The notes below the pieces were generated by a model. The model was given only the letters and a program-made list of their open reading frames with translations, was not told the origin of the DNA and made no database searches. From Candidatus Latescibacterota bacterium (GTDB taxonomy: Bacteria; Latescibacterota; UBA2968; UBA8231), in NCBI GenBank assembly GCA_965221775.1, contig CBDCSU010000006.1:2112001-2176000 (forward strand): a DNA stretch of 64,000 bases, given 5' to 3'. How positions within the stretch are numbered: the stretch's first letter is position 1; each line of letters opens with the position of its first letter. Positions 43,392-54,300 of the stretch are shown here, piece by piece. The translations under genes and the position numbers were made by a program.

Positions 43392-45728
43392 CTACTCCGT
43401 GCGCAGTGTATCCACCGGGTTGGTCAGGGCCGCCCGCATCGCCTGGTGTCCCACCGTCAGTCCGGCGATGAGGAAGGACAGCGCTCCCGAGACCACGAAG
43501 AGGCCCACCCCCATCTCCACGCGATATGCGAAGTCGTGGAGCCACTGGTTGCCGAGCCACCAGGCGACCGGCACGCTGAGGACGAAGGCGAGGGCCACGG
43601 GCCGGGCGAAGTCGCGCAGCATCATGGCGGTGAGGCCGCCGGCAGAGGCGCCGAAGACCTTGCGCACGGCGATCTCGCGGGTGCGCTCGTGGGCGGCGTG
43701 GGCGGCCATGCCGAAGAGCCCCACGGCGGCGACGGCGATGGCCAGGACGAGGAACGCCGTGAGGGCGCGGCCCACCATCAGCTCTTCGGAGTAGAGTTTG
43801 CCGGCGACTTCCTCGAGGGAGTGGCGCTGGATGGGGCGGTACGGGGCGAGGGCGGCCCACCTTTCGTCGATGACCGCGAGGGCTTCTTCGAGATGCCCGG
43901 GTTGGACCCGAACGATGATGACGCCGGCCCATCCATAGAGTTGTTCCATGACCAGCGGCTCCACCTCGCTTCGCGGACCGTCGAAGTGGAAGTCCTCGAC
44001 CACGCCCACGACGCGCCTCTCGCCAAGGGTGGGGATCGTCTGGCCCAGTGGCTCCTCCAGTCCCATCACCCTGGCGGCGGTCTCGTTGATGACGAGGGCC
44101 TCGGCGTCGGCGGGTGCGTCGGTAAGGGCCCGTCCCCGGACCATGCGCAGGCCCATGATCGGGACGAAGTCGGCATCTACCTGGTACATCCAGATCGTCC
44201 GTCCTTCCGCCATGTGCGATGCTCTGGTGCCCTCGCCCGGTACCGTCATGGCCAGACTCGCCGCGGCGATGCGGCTGTCCTGAAGCAACTCCGTCTTGAA
44301 GGCCCGGGCCTGATCCATGGTGAGGCCGCGGTTTCGAACCACCACCACCTGTTCCGGCTCGGACCCAAGGATGGAGTCCTCGCGGAGGAGGTTGTCCACG
44401 TAGGTGAGTTGGTGCCACATGAGCAGCGTCATCGACAGCAACGCCGTGGTGGCCGTGAACTGGGTCACCACCAGGCCCCGGCGCAGGCGCGCACCTCCCA
44501 GGCGGCTTCTGCCCAGGTTGGCCGTCGGCTGCATGCGCGCCACGACCCAGGCCGGATACGCCCCCGCCACCACTCCGACCGCCACTGCCAGCACCGCGCC
44601 CCCGACGCAGGTAAAGAGCGACCAGGGCAAGGTGGGCAGGTCGAAGGCGGATCCCGCGATGACGTGCATGAGCCGGAGCAGGACCCCTGTCAGGACAGCT
44701 CCCAGGATCGTCGCCGCCGTGCTCATCAGCACCGACTCGCTCAGCAGCTGGCGGATGAGCTGGCCGCGATGGGCGCCGAGGGCCTTGCGCACGCCGATCT
44801 CGTGAATGCGTCTCCCCGCCCGGGCCGTAGCCAGGTTCACGTAGTTGACGCCGGCGATGGTGAGGATCACCACGGCGAGGATGGCGCTCAGGGCGAGGTA
44901 CATGGGATTGCCGCTCGGGCCGATGGTGCTGGACGCCTCCGTGTCGAAGTAGACCGACTTCAGGGGCTGCAGGACGTAGGAATCGGTCACTTCGGGCCAC
45001 CCCGATGCTTCCTTGACGATGCCGGGAATGCGCGCAGCCGCGGCCACCGCGTCGGCACCGGGCGTCAACTGCACGAAGGTCCGGAAGCCCGAGGCACTCC
45101 ATCCGGACTCCATCATCGGATTCACCTCGTACTGCGTGGCGAAGGAGATCAGCGCCGAGAACTGGAGCAGGGAACTGGAGGGCACCCGGCCGGCGATGCC
45201 CGTGATCTCGTAGTCGGACTCTCCCACGTTGACGACCTGCCCCATGGGATCGCTCTCGCCGAAAAGCCGGCGGGCCAGGGGCTCGGTGAGCACGATGGTG
45301 AAGGGACGCGACAAGGCCGTCCCGGGATCGCCGCGCAGGAGGGGGAGGCTGAACATGTCGAAGACGCCGGCCTCGGCGCCGCCGACCGTCTCGTATATCC
45401 CCTCCTTGTCACCGACCCTGAGCAATCGCGGGTAGCTCCAGCCGAAGCGCACCGCCGCCTCGACCTCGGGCAACTGCTCCTCGAGGGTTGGGCCCAGGGG
45501 CACGTGCATCCCCGACGTGAACCCGGCGTCCTGGGCATCCGACCTCAACACGCGGAAGACCCGGTCCTTCTTGTCGTGGAAGTCGCCCACGGAGAGCTGA
45601 TACGCCGCCAACTGGATGACCAGCAGGCAGAGGGCCAGGCCGACGGCCAAGCCGAAGAGGTTGATCGCCGCGTAGCCGCGCTCGCGCCACAGATGGCGGA
45701 GGGCGGTGGTCAGGTAGCTTCTGAGCAT
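43392..45728 (-). CDS. MacB/FtsX-type ABC permease (member 2)
   Basis: Start MLRSYLTTAL at 45728 by homology and RBS; ends NPVDTLRTE. Confidence 0.93.
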   Translation of the reverse strand: MLRSYLTTALRHLWRERGYAAINLFGLAVGLALCLLVIQLAAYQLSVGDFHDKKDRVFRVLRSDAQDAGFTSGMHVPLGPTLEEQLPEVEAAVRFGWSYPRLLRVGDKEGIYETVGGAEAGVFDMFSLPLLRGDPGTALSRPFTIVLTEPLARRLFGESDPMGQVVNVGESDYEITGIAGRVPSSSLLQFSALISFATQYEVNPMMESGWSASGFRTFVQLTPGADAVAAAARIPGIVKEASGWPEVTDSYVLQPLKSVYFDTEASSTIGPSGNPMYLALSAILAVVILTIAGVNYVNLATARAGRRIHEIGVRKALGAHRGQLIRQLLSESVLMSTAATILGAVLTGVLLRLMHVIAGSAFDLPTLPWSLFTCVGGAVLAVAVGVVAGAYPAWVVARMQPTANLGRSRLGGARLRRGLVVTQFTATTALLSMTLLMWHQLTYVDNLLREDSILGSEPEQVVVVRNRGLTMDQARAFKTELLQDSRIAAASLAMTVPGEGTRASHMAEGRTIWMYQVDADFVPIMGLRMVRGRALTDAPADAEALVINETAARVMGLEEPLGQTIPTLGERRVVGVVEDFHFDGPRSEVEPLVMEQLYGWAGVIIVRVQPGHLEEALAVIDERWAALAPYRPIQRHSLEEVAGKLYSEELMVGRALTAFLVLAIAVAAVGLFGMAAHAAHERTREIAVRKVFGASAGGLTAMMLRDFARPVALAFVLSVPVAWWLGNQWLHDFAYRVEMGVGLFVVSGALSFLIAGLTVGHQAMRAALTNPVDTLRTE

Positions 45729-45757
45729 GCGTGTCCTTTCGTGGCGGGATCCGCCGC
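45729..45757 (-). repeat. Conserved intergenic spacer, copy 5
   Basis: GCGGCGGATCCCGCCACGAAAGGACACGC. Confidence 0.85.
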
Positions 45758-48118
45758 CTACTCCGTGCGCAGCGTCTTCACCGGATTGGTCATGGAAGCC
45801 CGGATCGCCTGCTGGCTCACCGTCAGGCCGGCGACGAGGAAGGAGAGGGCGCCCGAGGTCAGGAACAGACCCACGCCGACCTCCACGTGGTAGGCGTAGT
45901 TCTGCAGCCACAGGCCGCCGAGCCACCAGGCGATGGGGATGCTGAGGAGGAAGGCGAGGCCCACGGGCTTGGCGAAGTCGCGCAGCATCATCGCCGTGAG
46001 GCCGGCGACGGAGGCGCCGAAGACCTTGCGCACGCCGATCTCGCGGGTGCGGTTCTGGGCCGTGTGGGCGGCCATGCCGAAGAGGCCCACGAGGGCCACG
46101 GCGATGGCGAAGGAGAGGAAGACGGTGAGGGCGCGGCCCATGAGCAGCTCCTCCATGTAGAGGCCGGCGAAGACCTCCTCGAGGGGCATGCGCTCGATGG
46201 GCCGGTGGGGGGAGAGGTCCGCCCACTTCGCGTCGATCAGCTCGTTGACCTCGTCGAGGTGCCCGGGCCGGGCGCGCACGGAGATTGGGCCGACGTTGGA
46301 GACGGGGGCCATGAGCAGGGGCTCCACCTTCTTGTGGGGGCCGTCGAAGTGGAAGTCCTCGACGACGCCCACGACGCGCAGGTCCCGGCCCATGTAGCCG
46401 GTGATCGCCTTGCCCAGGGGATCCTCCCACCCCATCCTGCGCACGGCGGTCTCGTTGATCACCGCGGCCCGGTCGTCGGAGGGATCATCGGTGAGGGCGC
46501 GGCCCCGGCTCATGCGCAGGCCCAGCATCGCGAAGAAGTCGCCGTCCACCCCGTAGGTCCTCACCTGCACCTTGGCCGCGTCCTCCCCCTGTACTTCGTA
46601 CCAGGTCCTGCTGAGGTTGCCGGGCAACGTCTCGGAGAGGCTGACCAGGGCGACCCGGCTGTCCTGGAGCAGCTCGGACTTGAGGACCCGGGTCTGCTCC
46701 AGCGTCAGTCCCTGGTTGCGGATGACCGTCACCTGCTCCGGCTCGAACCCGAGGGAGGAGTCGCGGCGGAGCAGGTCCTGCACGTAGTCGACCTGGCTCC
46801 AGATGAGCAGGGTCATCGTCATCATGGCGGCGGTGATGGTGAACTGTCCCACCACCAGGACCTGGCGCAGGCGGGCGCCGCCGGAGCGGCGGCGGCGGAC
46901 CACGGCGGCCGGCTGGAAGCGCGCCACCAGCCAGGCCGGGTAGGCGCCGGCCGCCAGTCCGACCCCGAGGGCCAGGGCCGCGGCCCCGGCGGCGGCGGGG
47001 ATCGTCCAGCGCATGAAGGGCAGACCGATGTCCATTCCCGTGATCAGGGCGGGGAGGCGCACCAGGATCTGGGTCGCGGCGGCGCCCAGGAGCGTCGCCA
47101 CGGCGCTGAGCACCACCGACTCGCACAGGAGCTGGCGGATGAGCTGTCCGCGCTGGGCGCCGAGGGACTTGCGCACGCCGATCTCGTGGGTGCGCCGGTC
47201 GGCCCTCGCCGTGGACAGGTTCACGTAGTTGACCCCGGCGATGGCCAGGATCACCGCCGCCAGCACGGCGCAGATCGCCAGGTACAGGGGGTTGCCGCTG
47301 GGACCGAGGTTGTTGGGCACCTCCGAGTCGAAGCGGATCGACTTCAGCGGCTGCAGCTTGTAGGCGCGACCCTCCTCCTCCGGCATACCCGTGAGTTCCT
47401 CGGCCATGGCGGGCAGGCGCGCGGCGATGGCGGCCGGGTCGGCGCCGGGGCCCAGCTGCACGTAGGTGATGAAGGCCCTGCTGCTCCTCGACCCCATCAT
47501 GGCGCGGCTCTCCTCGTACATGGTGGCGAAGGAGAGGAGCGCGGTGAAGTCGAGGAGGGAGTTCGGTGGCGGTTGAGCGACGATGCCCGTGACCTCGCAG
47601 TCGTACTCCTCGTCGACGCGGATCAACTGCCCCATGGGGTCGTCGTCGCCGAAGAGGCGGCGGGCCAGGGGCTCGGTGAGGACCATGGTGTAGGGGCGGG
47701 TCAGGGCCGTCTCCGGGTCGCCCCGCAGCAGGGGGAAGCCGAAGACCTGGAGGACGCCGTCCTCCGCCATCAGCACCCAGTCGGAGAGCGACTCCTTGCC
47801 GGCGAGCCGGAGCTGCGTCGGCCACCTCCCTCGGAAGCGGACCGCTTCCTCCACCTGGGGCAGCTGATCCTCGAGGGCCGGGCCCATGTGGATGGGCAGA
47901 CTCGTGTTGAACCCGCCGCCGCGCCACGCGGGACCCAGGACGCGGTAGACGCGGTCCCCGTTCTCGTGGAAGGTCCCCACGGACAGCTGGTGGGAGGTGA
48001 ACTGGATGATCAGCAGGCAGAGGGAGAAGCCGAGGGCGAGTCCGAAGACGTTGATCGCCGCGTACCCGCGTTCCCTCCACAGCAGGCGAAGCGCCGTTGT
48101 CAGGTAGTGAGCCAGCAT
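45758..48118 (-). CDS. MacB/FtsX-type ABC permease (member 1, first in operon)
   Basis: Start MLAHYLTTAL at 48118 with GAGGAAAGGGA RBS; ends NPVKTLRTE. Confidence 0.93.
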   Translation of the reverse strand: MLAHYLTTALRLLWRERGYAAINVFGLALGFSLCLLIIQFTSHQLSVGTFHENGDRVYRVLGPAWRGGGFNTSLPIHMGPALEDQLPQVEEAVRFRGRWPTQLRLAGKESLSDWVLMAEDGVLQVFGFPLLRGDPETALTRPYTMVLTEPLARRLFGDDDPMGQLIRVDEEYDCEVTGIVAQPPPNSLLDFTALLSFATMYEESRAMMGSRSSRAFITYVQLGPGADPAAIAARLPAMAEELTGMPEEEGRAYKLQPLKSIRFDSEVPNNLGPSGNPLYLAICAVLAAVILAIAGVNYVNLSTARADRRTHEIGVRKSLGAQRGQLIRQLLCESVVLSAVATLLGAAATQILVRLPALITGMDIGLPFMRWTIPAAAGAAALALGVGLAAGAYPAWLVARFQPAAVVRRRRSGGARLRQVLVVGQFTITAAMMTMTLLIWSQVDYVQDLLRRDSSLGFEPEQVTVIRNQGLTLEQTRVLKSELLQDSRVALVSLSETLPGNLSRTWYEVQGEDAAKVQVRTYGVDGDFFAMLGLRMSRGRALTDDPSDDRAAVINETAVRRMGWEDPLGKAITGYMGRDLRVVGVVEDFHFDGPHKKVEPLLMAPVSNVGPISVRARPGHLDEVNELIDAKWADLSPHRPIERMPLEEVFAGLYMEELLMGRALTVFLSFAIAVALVGLFGMAAHTAQNRTREIGVRKVFGASVAGLTAMMLRDFAKPVGLAFLLSIPIAWWLGGLWLQNYAYHVEVGVGLFLTSGALSFLVAGLTVSQQAIRASMTNPVKTLRTE

Positions 48119-48190
48119 GATCGTTCCCTTTCCTCTTCCTGGTTTCCGTCCGGGCCCGCCGATCGGCGGATAGCCCTCACCCGACCTTTT

Positions 48191-48206
48191 AGCAACAACC
48201 GCGCCA
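48191..48206 (-). promoter_or_regulatory. sigma54 (-24/-12) promoter of the permease array
   Basis: Minus strand TGGCGCGGTTGTTGCT has exact GG-N10-GC spacing. Confidence 0.75.
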
Positions 48207-48272
48207 CGGTGCGTTACTCTTTCTCCGGGAACCAGTTGCGGCGATCTGTCCCGAATCGGCCGGCGGACTGGA

Positions 48273-48309
48273 TGGCCGCTGGCGATACAGAAGTGTCCAC
48301 AGACGGACA
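48273..48309. promoter_or_regulatory. Putative bEBP enhancer (UAS), tandem sites
   Basis: TGGCCGCTGGCGATACA-gaag-TGTCCACAGACGGACA contains the palindrome TGTCC-N6-GGACA and matches 12848-12885. Confidence 0.65.
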
Positions 48310-48454
48310 TCTGGGGGCTGACAGCTCCGCACCTCGGCCCCGAGTGCCGTGCCTCCTGCCGGCCGGCCCTGGAGGCGGCAAGTGGAGGCGGGGTGTCGCA
48401 GGCCCTGCCGGGCGCGGTTGCCAGCCGGCGGGCGCAGCCGCAGCTTTGGTCCCC

Positions 48455-48661
48455 ATGCTCGAGTTCGGGGTCGTCCTCTACGCCATCCTCGTCCTGCTCG
48501 TCGCCATGTTCCTGCGCCGGGCCTGGGGCCGCAGCTTCGACGACGTCCTCGACCGGTCGGAGGCCGAGCACCACCAGGTCCACGGCGTCCATTCCCGGCA
48601 CCCCCTCGGCGGCACCTGGAAGCAGTTCCGGCAGTGGATGAAGGAGGAGGAGGAGCGATGA
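48455..48661 (+). CDS. Small single-pass membrane protein (68 aa)
   Basis: MLEFGVVLYAILVLLVAMFLRRAW..., with a His-rich tail and ATGA coupling to the next gene. Confidence 0.65.
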   Translation: MLEFGVVLYAILVLLVAMFLRRAWGRSFDDVLDRSEAEHHQVHGVHSRHPLGGTWKQFRQWMKEEEER

Positions 48662-49419
48662 AGGTCACCGTCTTCGGCGCCGCCGGCTGGGCCGGCCGCG
48701 CCATGCTGGCCAACCTGAAGGGCCGCCACGAGATACGCGCCGTCGACTACGGTCCCGGCGCCTGGGACTCCCTGCGCGACGTCGACGGCGACTGGGACGG
48801 CGAGACGGTGCACGCCGACATCCGCGACTACGACGCCGTCCACGCAGCCGTGGAGGGCTCAGACGCCGTGATCCACGCGGCCGTGTACAGCGCCCGCAGC
48901 GGCGACGGCGGCTACGGACCGGCCAACGACCAGTCCTACCTGGTCAACCTGAAGGGTCTCTACAACGTGCTGGAGGCGTCACACCTGCTGGAGGTGGGCC
49001 GCATCGTCCACATCGGCTCGTGCCACGTGGAGCACCCCAAGGGCGTGTTCTTCGACAGCGAGGTGCGCCGCCCCGACGGCAGCCTGTACGCCGTCCACAA
49101 GCGGCTGCAGGAGGAGATGTGCCGGCAGATGCACGAGGCCTTCGGCATGTCCATCGTCGTCCTGCGGCCGTGCTACATCGTCGACAGCCGCCTCGGGATC
49201 GGGAAGTCCCGCTACGACCTCCGCGGCCGCTGGAACACCGGCTGGGTCTGCCGCCACGACCTGGCCGAGGCCTGCCGCCTCGCCGTCGAGCGCGAGGGGC
49301 TGGAGCTGGAGGTGCTCAACATGGCCGGCGCCGAGGAGGCCGACGCGTTCTGCAACCGCCGCTGCGGCATGGAGGTGCTGGGCCTGGAGTACCGGGGGGA
49401 CCTGGACCAGTACCGCTGA
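48658..49419 (+). CDS. NAD-dependent epimerase/dehydratase (extended SDR)
   Basis: VFGAAGWAG, VIHAA and YAVHK (YxxxK); AGGAG RBS. Confidence 0.9.
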   Translation: MKVTVFGAAGWAGRAMLANLKGRHEIRAVDYGPGAWDSLRDVDGDWDGETVHADIRDYDAVHAAVEGSDAVIHAAVYSARSGDGGYGPANDQSYLVNLKGLYNVLEASHLLEVGRIVHIGSCHVEHPKGVFFDSEVRRPDGSLYAVHKRLQEEMCRQMHEAFGMSIVVLRPCYIVDSRLGIGKSRYDLRGRWNTGWVCRHDLAEACRLAVEREGLELEVLNMAGAEEADAFCNRRCGMEVLGLEYRGDLDQYR

Positions 49420-49640
49420 GGGCGGGATCCCGCGGCGACTGCGTTTGCAGGATCATCGCCGGTGACCGGAGGCCGCCGGGGATCCCCATGGGCCGTTGCC
49501 CGCCGAGGAACGGTGACGGTGATGCCAGGGGCCACCGCCTCGCCCCGGCGAATCCCGCCCGGCCTTCACCCCGGATCGCCGGGAGCCTTGCGCACGCCGA
49601 TCTCACGGGTCCGCCGGTCGGCCCGGAAGCTGAGAGTCAC

Positions 49641-51122
49641 ATGCCGTCACCGCCCGAACGCCCCAACCTCGTCTTCGTGCTCCCCGACCGGCAGCGCCGC
49701 GACACCCTGGCCTGCTACGGCAACGACTGGATCCAGGTCCCGCGCCTGAACCGGCTGGCCGGGGAGAGCCTGGTCTTCGACAACTGCTACGTCACCCAGG
49801 CGGTCTGCTGCCCGTCGCGGGCCTCCATCCTGTGCGGGCTCTACCCGGTGGACGCCGGCATGCCCGTGAACCGTCACATCCTGCCAAGCCGCGTGCCGAC
49901 CATCGCCGAGATGCTCCCCGGCGGCTACCACACCGGCTACATCGGCAAGTGGCACCTGGGGGACGAGATCCAGGCGCAGCACGGCTTCGACGAGTGGATC
50001 GGATGCTTCGACCACTGGTGGCCGGAGTACACCAGCGAGGCGCTGAAGAAGCAGCTCTCGCCCTACCACCACTGGCTCCTCGAGCACGGCTTCGAGCCGG
50101 ACGCCCCGCATCCGGCGGGAGCCATGTTCTCCGACGACTTCCGCGCCGGCCTGCCCGTCGAGTACCAGATGGCCACCTGGCTCGGCCGGCAGTCGGCCGG
50201 GTTCATCGAGCGCAACGCCGGGCGGCCCTTCGTCCTCTACGTCAGCTCCAAGGAGCCGCACCCGCCCTTCACCAGCCCCTGGGACGGCCTCTACGACCCC
50301 GAGAGCCTGCCCGTGGACGAGACCTTCCGCGTCCACCCGGAGGGACACTCCCTGTTCAACCGCATCCGGGCCGAGTTCTGGATGCAGGCGGTGCACGACG
50401 GCGGCTTCGACCTGGGCACCGATTCGGGGTGCCGGCGGATGCGCGCCAACTACTACGGCTGCGTGTCGCTGGTGGACGGCATGGTGGGCAGCATCCTCGA
50501 CGCCATCGACAGGGCCGGGCTGCGGGACGACACCATCGTCGTGTTCACCAGCGACCACGGCGAGATGGTCGGCACCCACGGCCACGTGGAGATGCGCTCT
50601 CCGTACGAGGAGTCGGCGCGGGTGCCGTTGCTGGTGCGCGCCCCGTGGCTGCACGAGGGCCAGCGCCGCATCGGCGGCAACTTCAGCCAGATCGACTTCG
50701 TGCCCACCCTGCTCGACCTGCTCGGCCAGGGCGTGCCCGAGGGCCTGCCCGGGGCCAGCCGGGCAGCGGTGATCCGCGGTGAAGCCGATCTGAGCGGTGA
50801 GGACGTGGTCATCCAGCACAACGGCGTCGGCGACCGCGACCTGACTTCGGCGGCCGAGTCGCACACCATGCCGGCGGAGCGCGTGCGCCAGCTCAATCTG
50901 CTCAAGACCGCGCCGTGGCGCAGCGTGGTCACCGCCGACCGCTGGAAGCTGACCTTGTGCGCCGCCGATCAGGGCGAGCTGTTCGACCTGAACACGGACC
51001 CGGCGGAGACCACCAACCTCTTCGACCGGCCCGAGCACCGCGACCGCGTGCGCTGGATGGCGGCGCGCCTGCGGCTGTGGCAGCAGCAGGTCGGGGACAG
51101 GGCGCCCCTGCCGGGTGTGTAG
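49641..51122 (+). CDS. Sulfatase (Cys-type, formylglycine-dependent)
   Basis: PNLVFVLPD, CCPSRAS (CxPxR), GYHTGYIGKWHLG, FTSDHG. Confidence 0.92.
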   Translation: MPSPPERPNLVFVLPDRQRRDTLACYGNDWIQVPRLNRLAGESLVFDNCYVTQAVCCPSRASILCGLYPVDAGMPVNRHILPSRVPTIAEMLPGGYHTGYIGKWHLGDEIQAQHGFDEWIGCFDHWWPEYTSEALKKQLSPYHHWLLEHGFEPDAPHPAGAMFSDDFRAGLPVEYQMATWLGRQSAGFIERNAGRPFVLYVSSKEPHPPFTSPWDGLYDPESLPVDETFRVHPEGHSLFNRIRAEFWMQAVHDGGFDLGTDSGCRRMRANYYGCVSLVDGMVGSILDAIDRAGLRDDTIVVFTSDHGEMVGTHGHVEMRSPYEESARVPLLVRAPWLHEGQRRIGGNFSQIDFVPTLLDLLGQGVPEGLPGASRAAVIRGEADLSGEDVVIQHNGVGDRDLTSAAESHTMPAERVRQLNLLKTAPWRSVVTADRWKLTLCAADQGELFDLNTDPAETTNLFDRPEHRDRVRWMAARLRLWQQQVGDRAPLPGV

Positions 51123-51347
51123 GACCCGCTGACGGCGCATTGCCCGCGGGCGCGCGGCAGCGAGGGCCTGGCCCGCGCCGGTACAAGGCGCCGGGATTCC
51201 TTCCTTCTACCTGGAACAGCTCCAACTGAGCGCTGCGGCGCCGGGGACGCTCGAGGGCCGAGGCGCGACAGCTGGCCACCGGGGGCTCGCCCTGGCGGAG
51301 TCTCGCCAGGACTTCACCCGGGGCGCCGGGGATGCCCCCCTATCTAT

Positions 51348-54300
51348 CTAGAAGAGCTCGAGTTGGGCGCCGCGCCGCCGGGGGCCGGGCCCGGCGCCTT
51401 CGTGGGCGAGCAGCTCCGGAGGCAGGTCGGCCAGGAACGGCGACGGCGGCAGGCTCGCCCGCTGTCCGCGGACAATCCGCTGCCGCGACCGGGTGAGGAT
51501 CAGCCGATCGCGGGCGCGAGTGAGGGCCACGAAGAGCAGGCGCCGCTCCTCCTCCAGGTCGGTGGCGCCGTCCCCGTCGCGCAACGGCACGAGGCCGTCC
51601 TCCACGCCGCAGAGGATCACCACCGGAAACTCCAGGCCCTTGGCGGCGTGCATCGTCATCAGGGCCACGGCCTGCGCGGCCGGCCGGCCGTCGCGGCGGG
51701 TCACGTCGCCTTCGCGGCCCAGCAGCAGGGTGTCGAGCAGCTCCCCCATGGAGGCGGCCCCGGCGGCAACGCCGACCAGTTGCTCGAAGGCGGGGGTGGC
51801 TTCCACGCCGAGGTCCTCCTGCCAGACGCGCAGCACCTTGTCCGGGGGCTCGTTCTCGGCGCGGCGGGCGTACCCGGCGGCGGCGCGGCGCAGGGCCTCC
51901 ACCCGGGCCGCGGCCTTGGTGGGGAGCCCGCCGACGGCGGCCTCGAGCTCGCCCGCTGAGCCGATGGCCTCCGACAGCCGCCCCAGGGCCGCGTCGCCGG
52001 CGTCGAAGGGACCGTTGCGCAGGGCCTCCAGCAGGCGCAGGGGGCGCTCGGGCTCCAAGGCGTAGCGGAAGAAGGCCACCGCGTCCCGGGCGCCCCGCTC
52101 CTCCAGGAACCGCCGCGGACCGGAGACGGAGTACGGCAGGCCCTCGGTGAGGAAGCACTCCTCCAGGGCCGCGGCCTGGCGGCCGGTGCGGAAGAGGACG
52201 GCCACGTCGTCGAAGGCGTAGTTCCCGGGCTCGGGGGTGCCGCTGGCCTGGTCGGTGGCCACCATGTCGGTGCCGCCCACCAGCTCCTGCACGGCGCGAA
52301 CCACGGCGATCGCCTCCGCCTGCTCGCTGCCGGCCTCGACGAGGCGGATGCTCGGTCCGGGGGGAGTTGCGTCGGCGTCGCTGCCTGGGGCTGGCCCATG
52401 GCCGCCGATCACCGCTCGGGAAGCCGCGCCGCCGTCGCTGACGTCAGCCGCGGGGCTGCCGCCCGCGATCACCGCCCGGGAGGCGGCCACCACGCCCGGG
52501 GCGCTGCGGTAGTTGCGCTTTAGCCGGTGCACCGAGAGGGCCGGGTAGTCCTGCCCCAGGCGGTCGAAGAACCCCGGGTCGGCGCCGCGGAACCCGTAGA
52601 TCGCCTGGTCCGGATCGCCGATGACGAAGAGGCCCTCGCCGGAGCCGGCCAGCCGCCGCACCAGCTCGTACTGGACCGCGTTGACGTCCTGGAACTCGTC
52701 GACGAGCAGGTAGTCGTGGCTGTCCGCAGCCCGGCGGCCCACCGCCTCGTCCCCGCGCAGCAGTTCCAGCAGGTCGAGGAGGAGATCGTCGTAGTCGCGG
52801 GCGTTGCAGGCAGCCAGGCGCTCCTGGTAGGCGGCGTAGGCGGCGGCGAGGGGTTCGCCGGACAGCTCCTCCGGACGCAGGCCGTCCGCCTTCCAGCGGG
52901 AGATGCGGTCGCGGGCATCGCGGGCCGTTGTCCGGGCCGGGGCCGTCCCTTTGCGGGCGAGCACGTCGCGCAGCAGGCCGAGGGACTCGGCCTCGTCCAC
53001 CACCAGCGGCGGTTCGGCGCCGGTGAGCCCGGTGGTCCAGCCGATGGCCAGCCGATGGAAGGTGCCCACGCGCACGGCGGCGGCGTGCGCGCCCAGCAGA
53101 TCCTCCAGGCGCTCGGCCATCTCCCGGGCCGCCCGCTGCGTGAAGGTGACGGCGGCGATGCGCTCCGGCGGGCACGCCCGTTCCCGCACCATCCAGGCGA
53201 TCCGCCGAGTCAGGGTCCTCGTCTTGCCGGAGCCGGGGCCGGCGATCACGGCCACCGGGCCGGCGGCCTTCACCGCCTCCCTCTGGTCGTCGTCCAGATC
53301 CTCCAGGGCCTTCTCTTCGGTGGCCTCCTCCGCGGCCTCGAGCAGCGCGTCCAGGCGCGGCGTCCCGTCAACGGGCTCCAGGGCAATGCGCTCCACCACG
53401 TGTGCGGCGTCCAGGGCCTCCGCATCGACGGGCGGGGCAGCGGACGGCGCGACCGCCCCGGTGTCGACGGCGGCGGGCTCCGGGGCGATGCGCTTCACCA
53501 CGTCGGCGGCGTCCACGGCTGCCGCGTCGACCGCCCCCTCATCAACGGCCGCGCCGCCTGAGGGAGCCGCGGCGCTCGGCGCCGTCGCGGCCATGCTGAA
53601 CAGCCGGCCCTGGCCCTCCAAGTCTCGGCGCTCCTCGTCGGTGAAGACCTGGATCACCCCGTACTCGCCGTCGTACCCGGGCTCGATGGCGACGCGGCCC
53701 TCGCGCATGCGGCGCACGCCCTCGGCCACCAGGGGCTCTCCGCAGGCGGCGATGCGCTCCGGGTCCACGGCGCGCAGCACGGACAGCTCCGGGCCGAGCT
53801 GCTCCAGCAGGTGCCGGTGGATGCCCTGCACCCTCTTACTCTTCGGTCCCACGCCGATGCAGGAGCCGATCACCTCGTCGAGGGCGATGAGGTACTCGAA
53901 GGGCCGCTCCACGGGGGGCACCTCCTCCTCGCCGCGGTCGGCGAGGCTCTCGACCCGGTGCAGGACCCCCACGGTGAGCTTGCGCCCGCACTCCGGGCAC
54001 AGGCCGCCGGCGGCCCTGGTCTCGGCCGGCTTCCAGTGGACCCCGCACTTGCGGTGGCCGTCGTAGTGGTACTTCCCCTCCTCGGGGTAGAACTCGATGG
54101 TGCCGGTGAAGCGGGACGGGTCGCGCGAGCGCAGCGCCTCGAAGAGACCGGTGTAGGAGAGATCCGTGTCGAAGCAGGTCGCCTCGCGGCCGAGGCGGGA
54201 GGGGGAGTGGGCGTCGGAGTTGGAGACCACGGCGTAGCGGTCGAGGGCGGACAACCGGCTGTTCATCGGCGGGTCGGAGGAGAGGCCGGTCTCGACGGCG

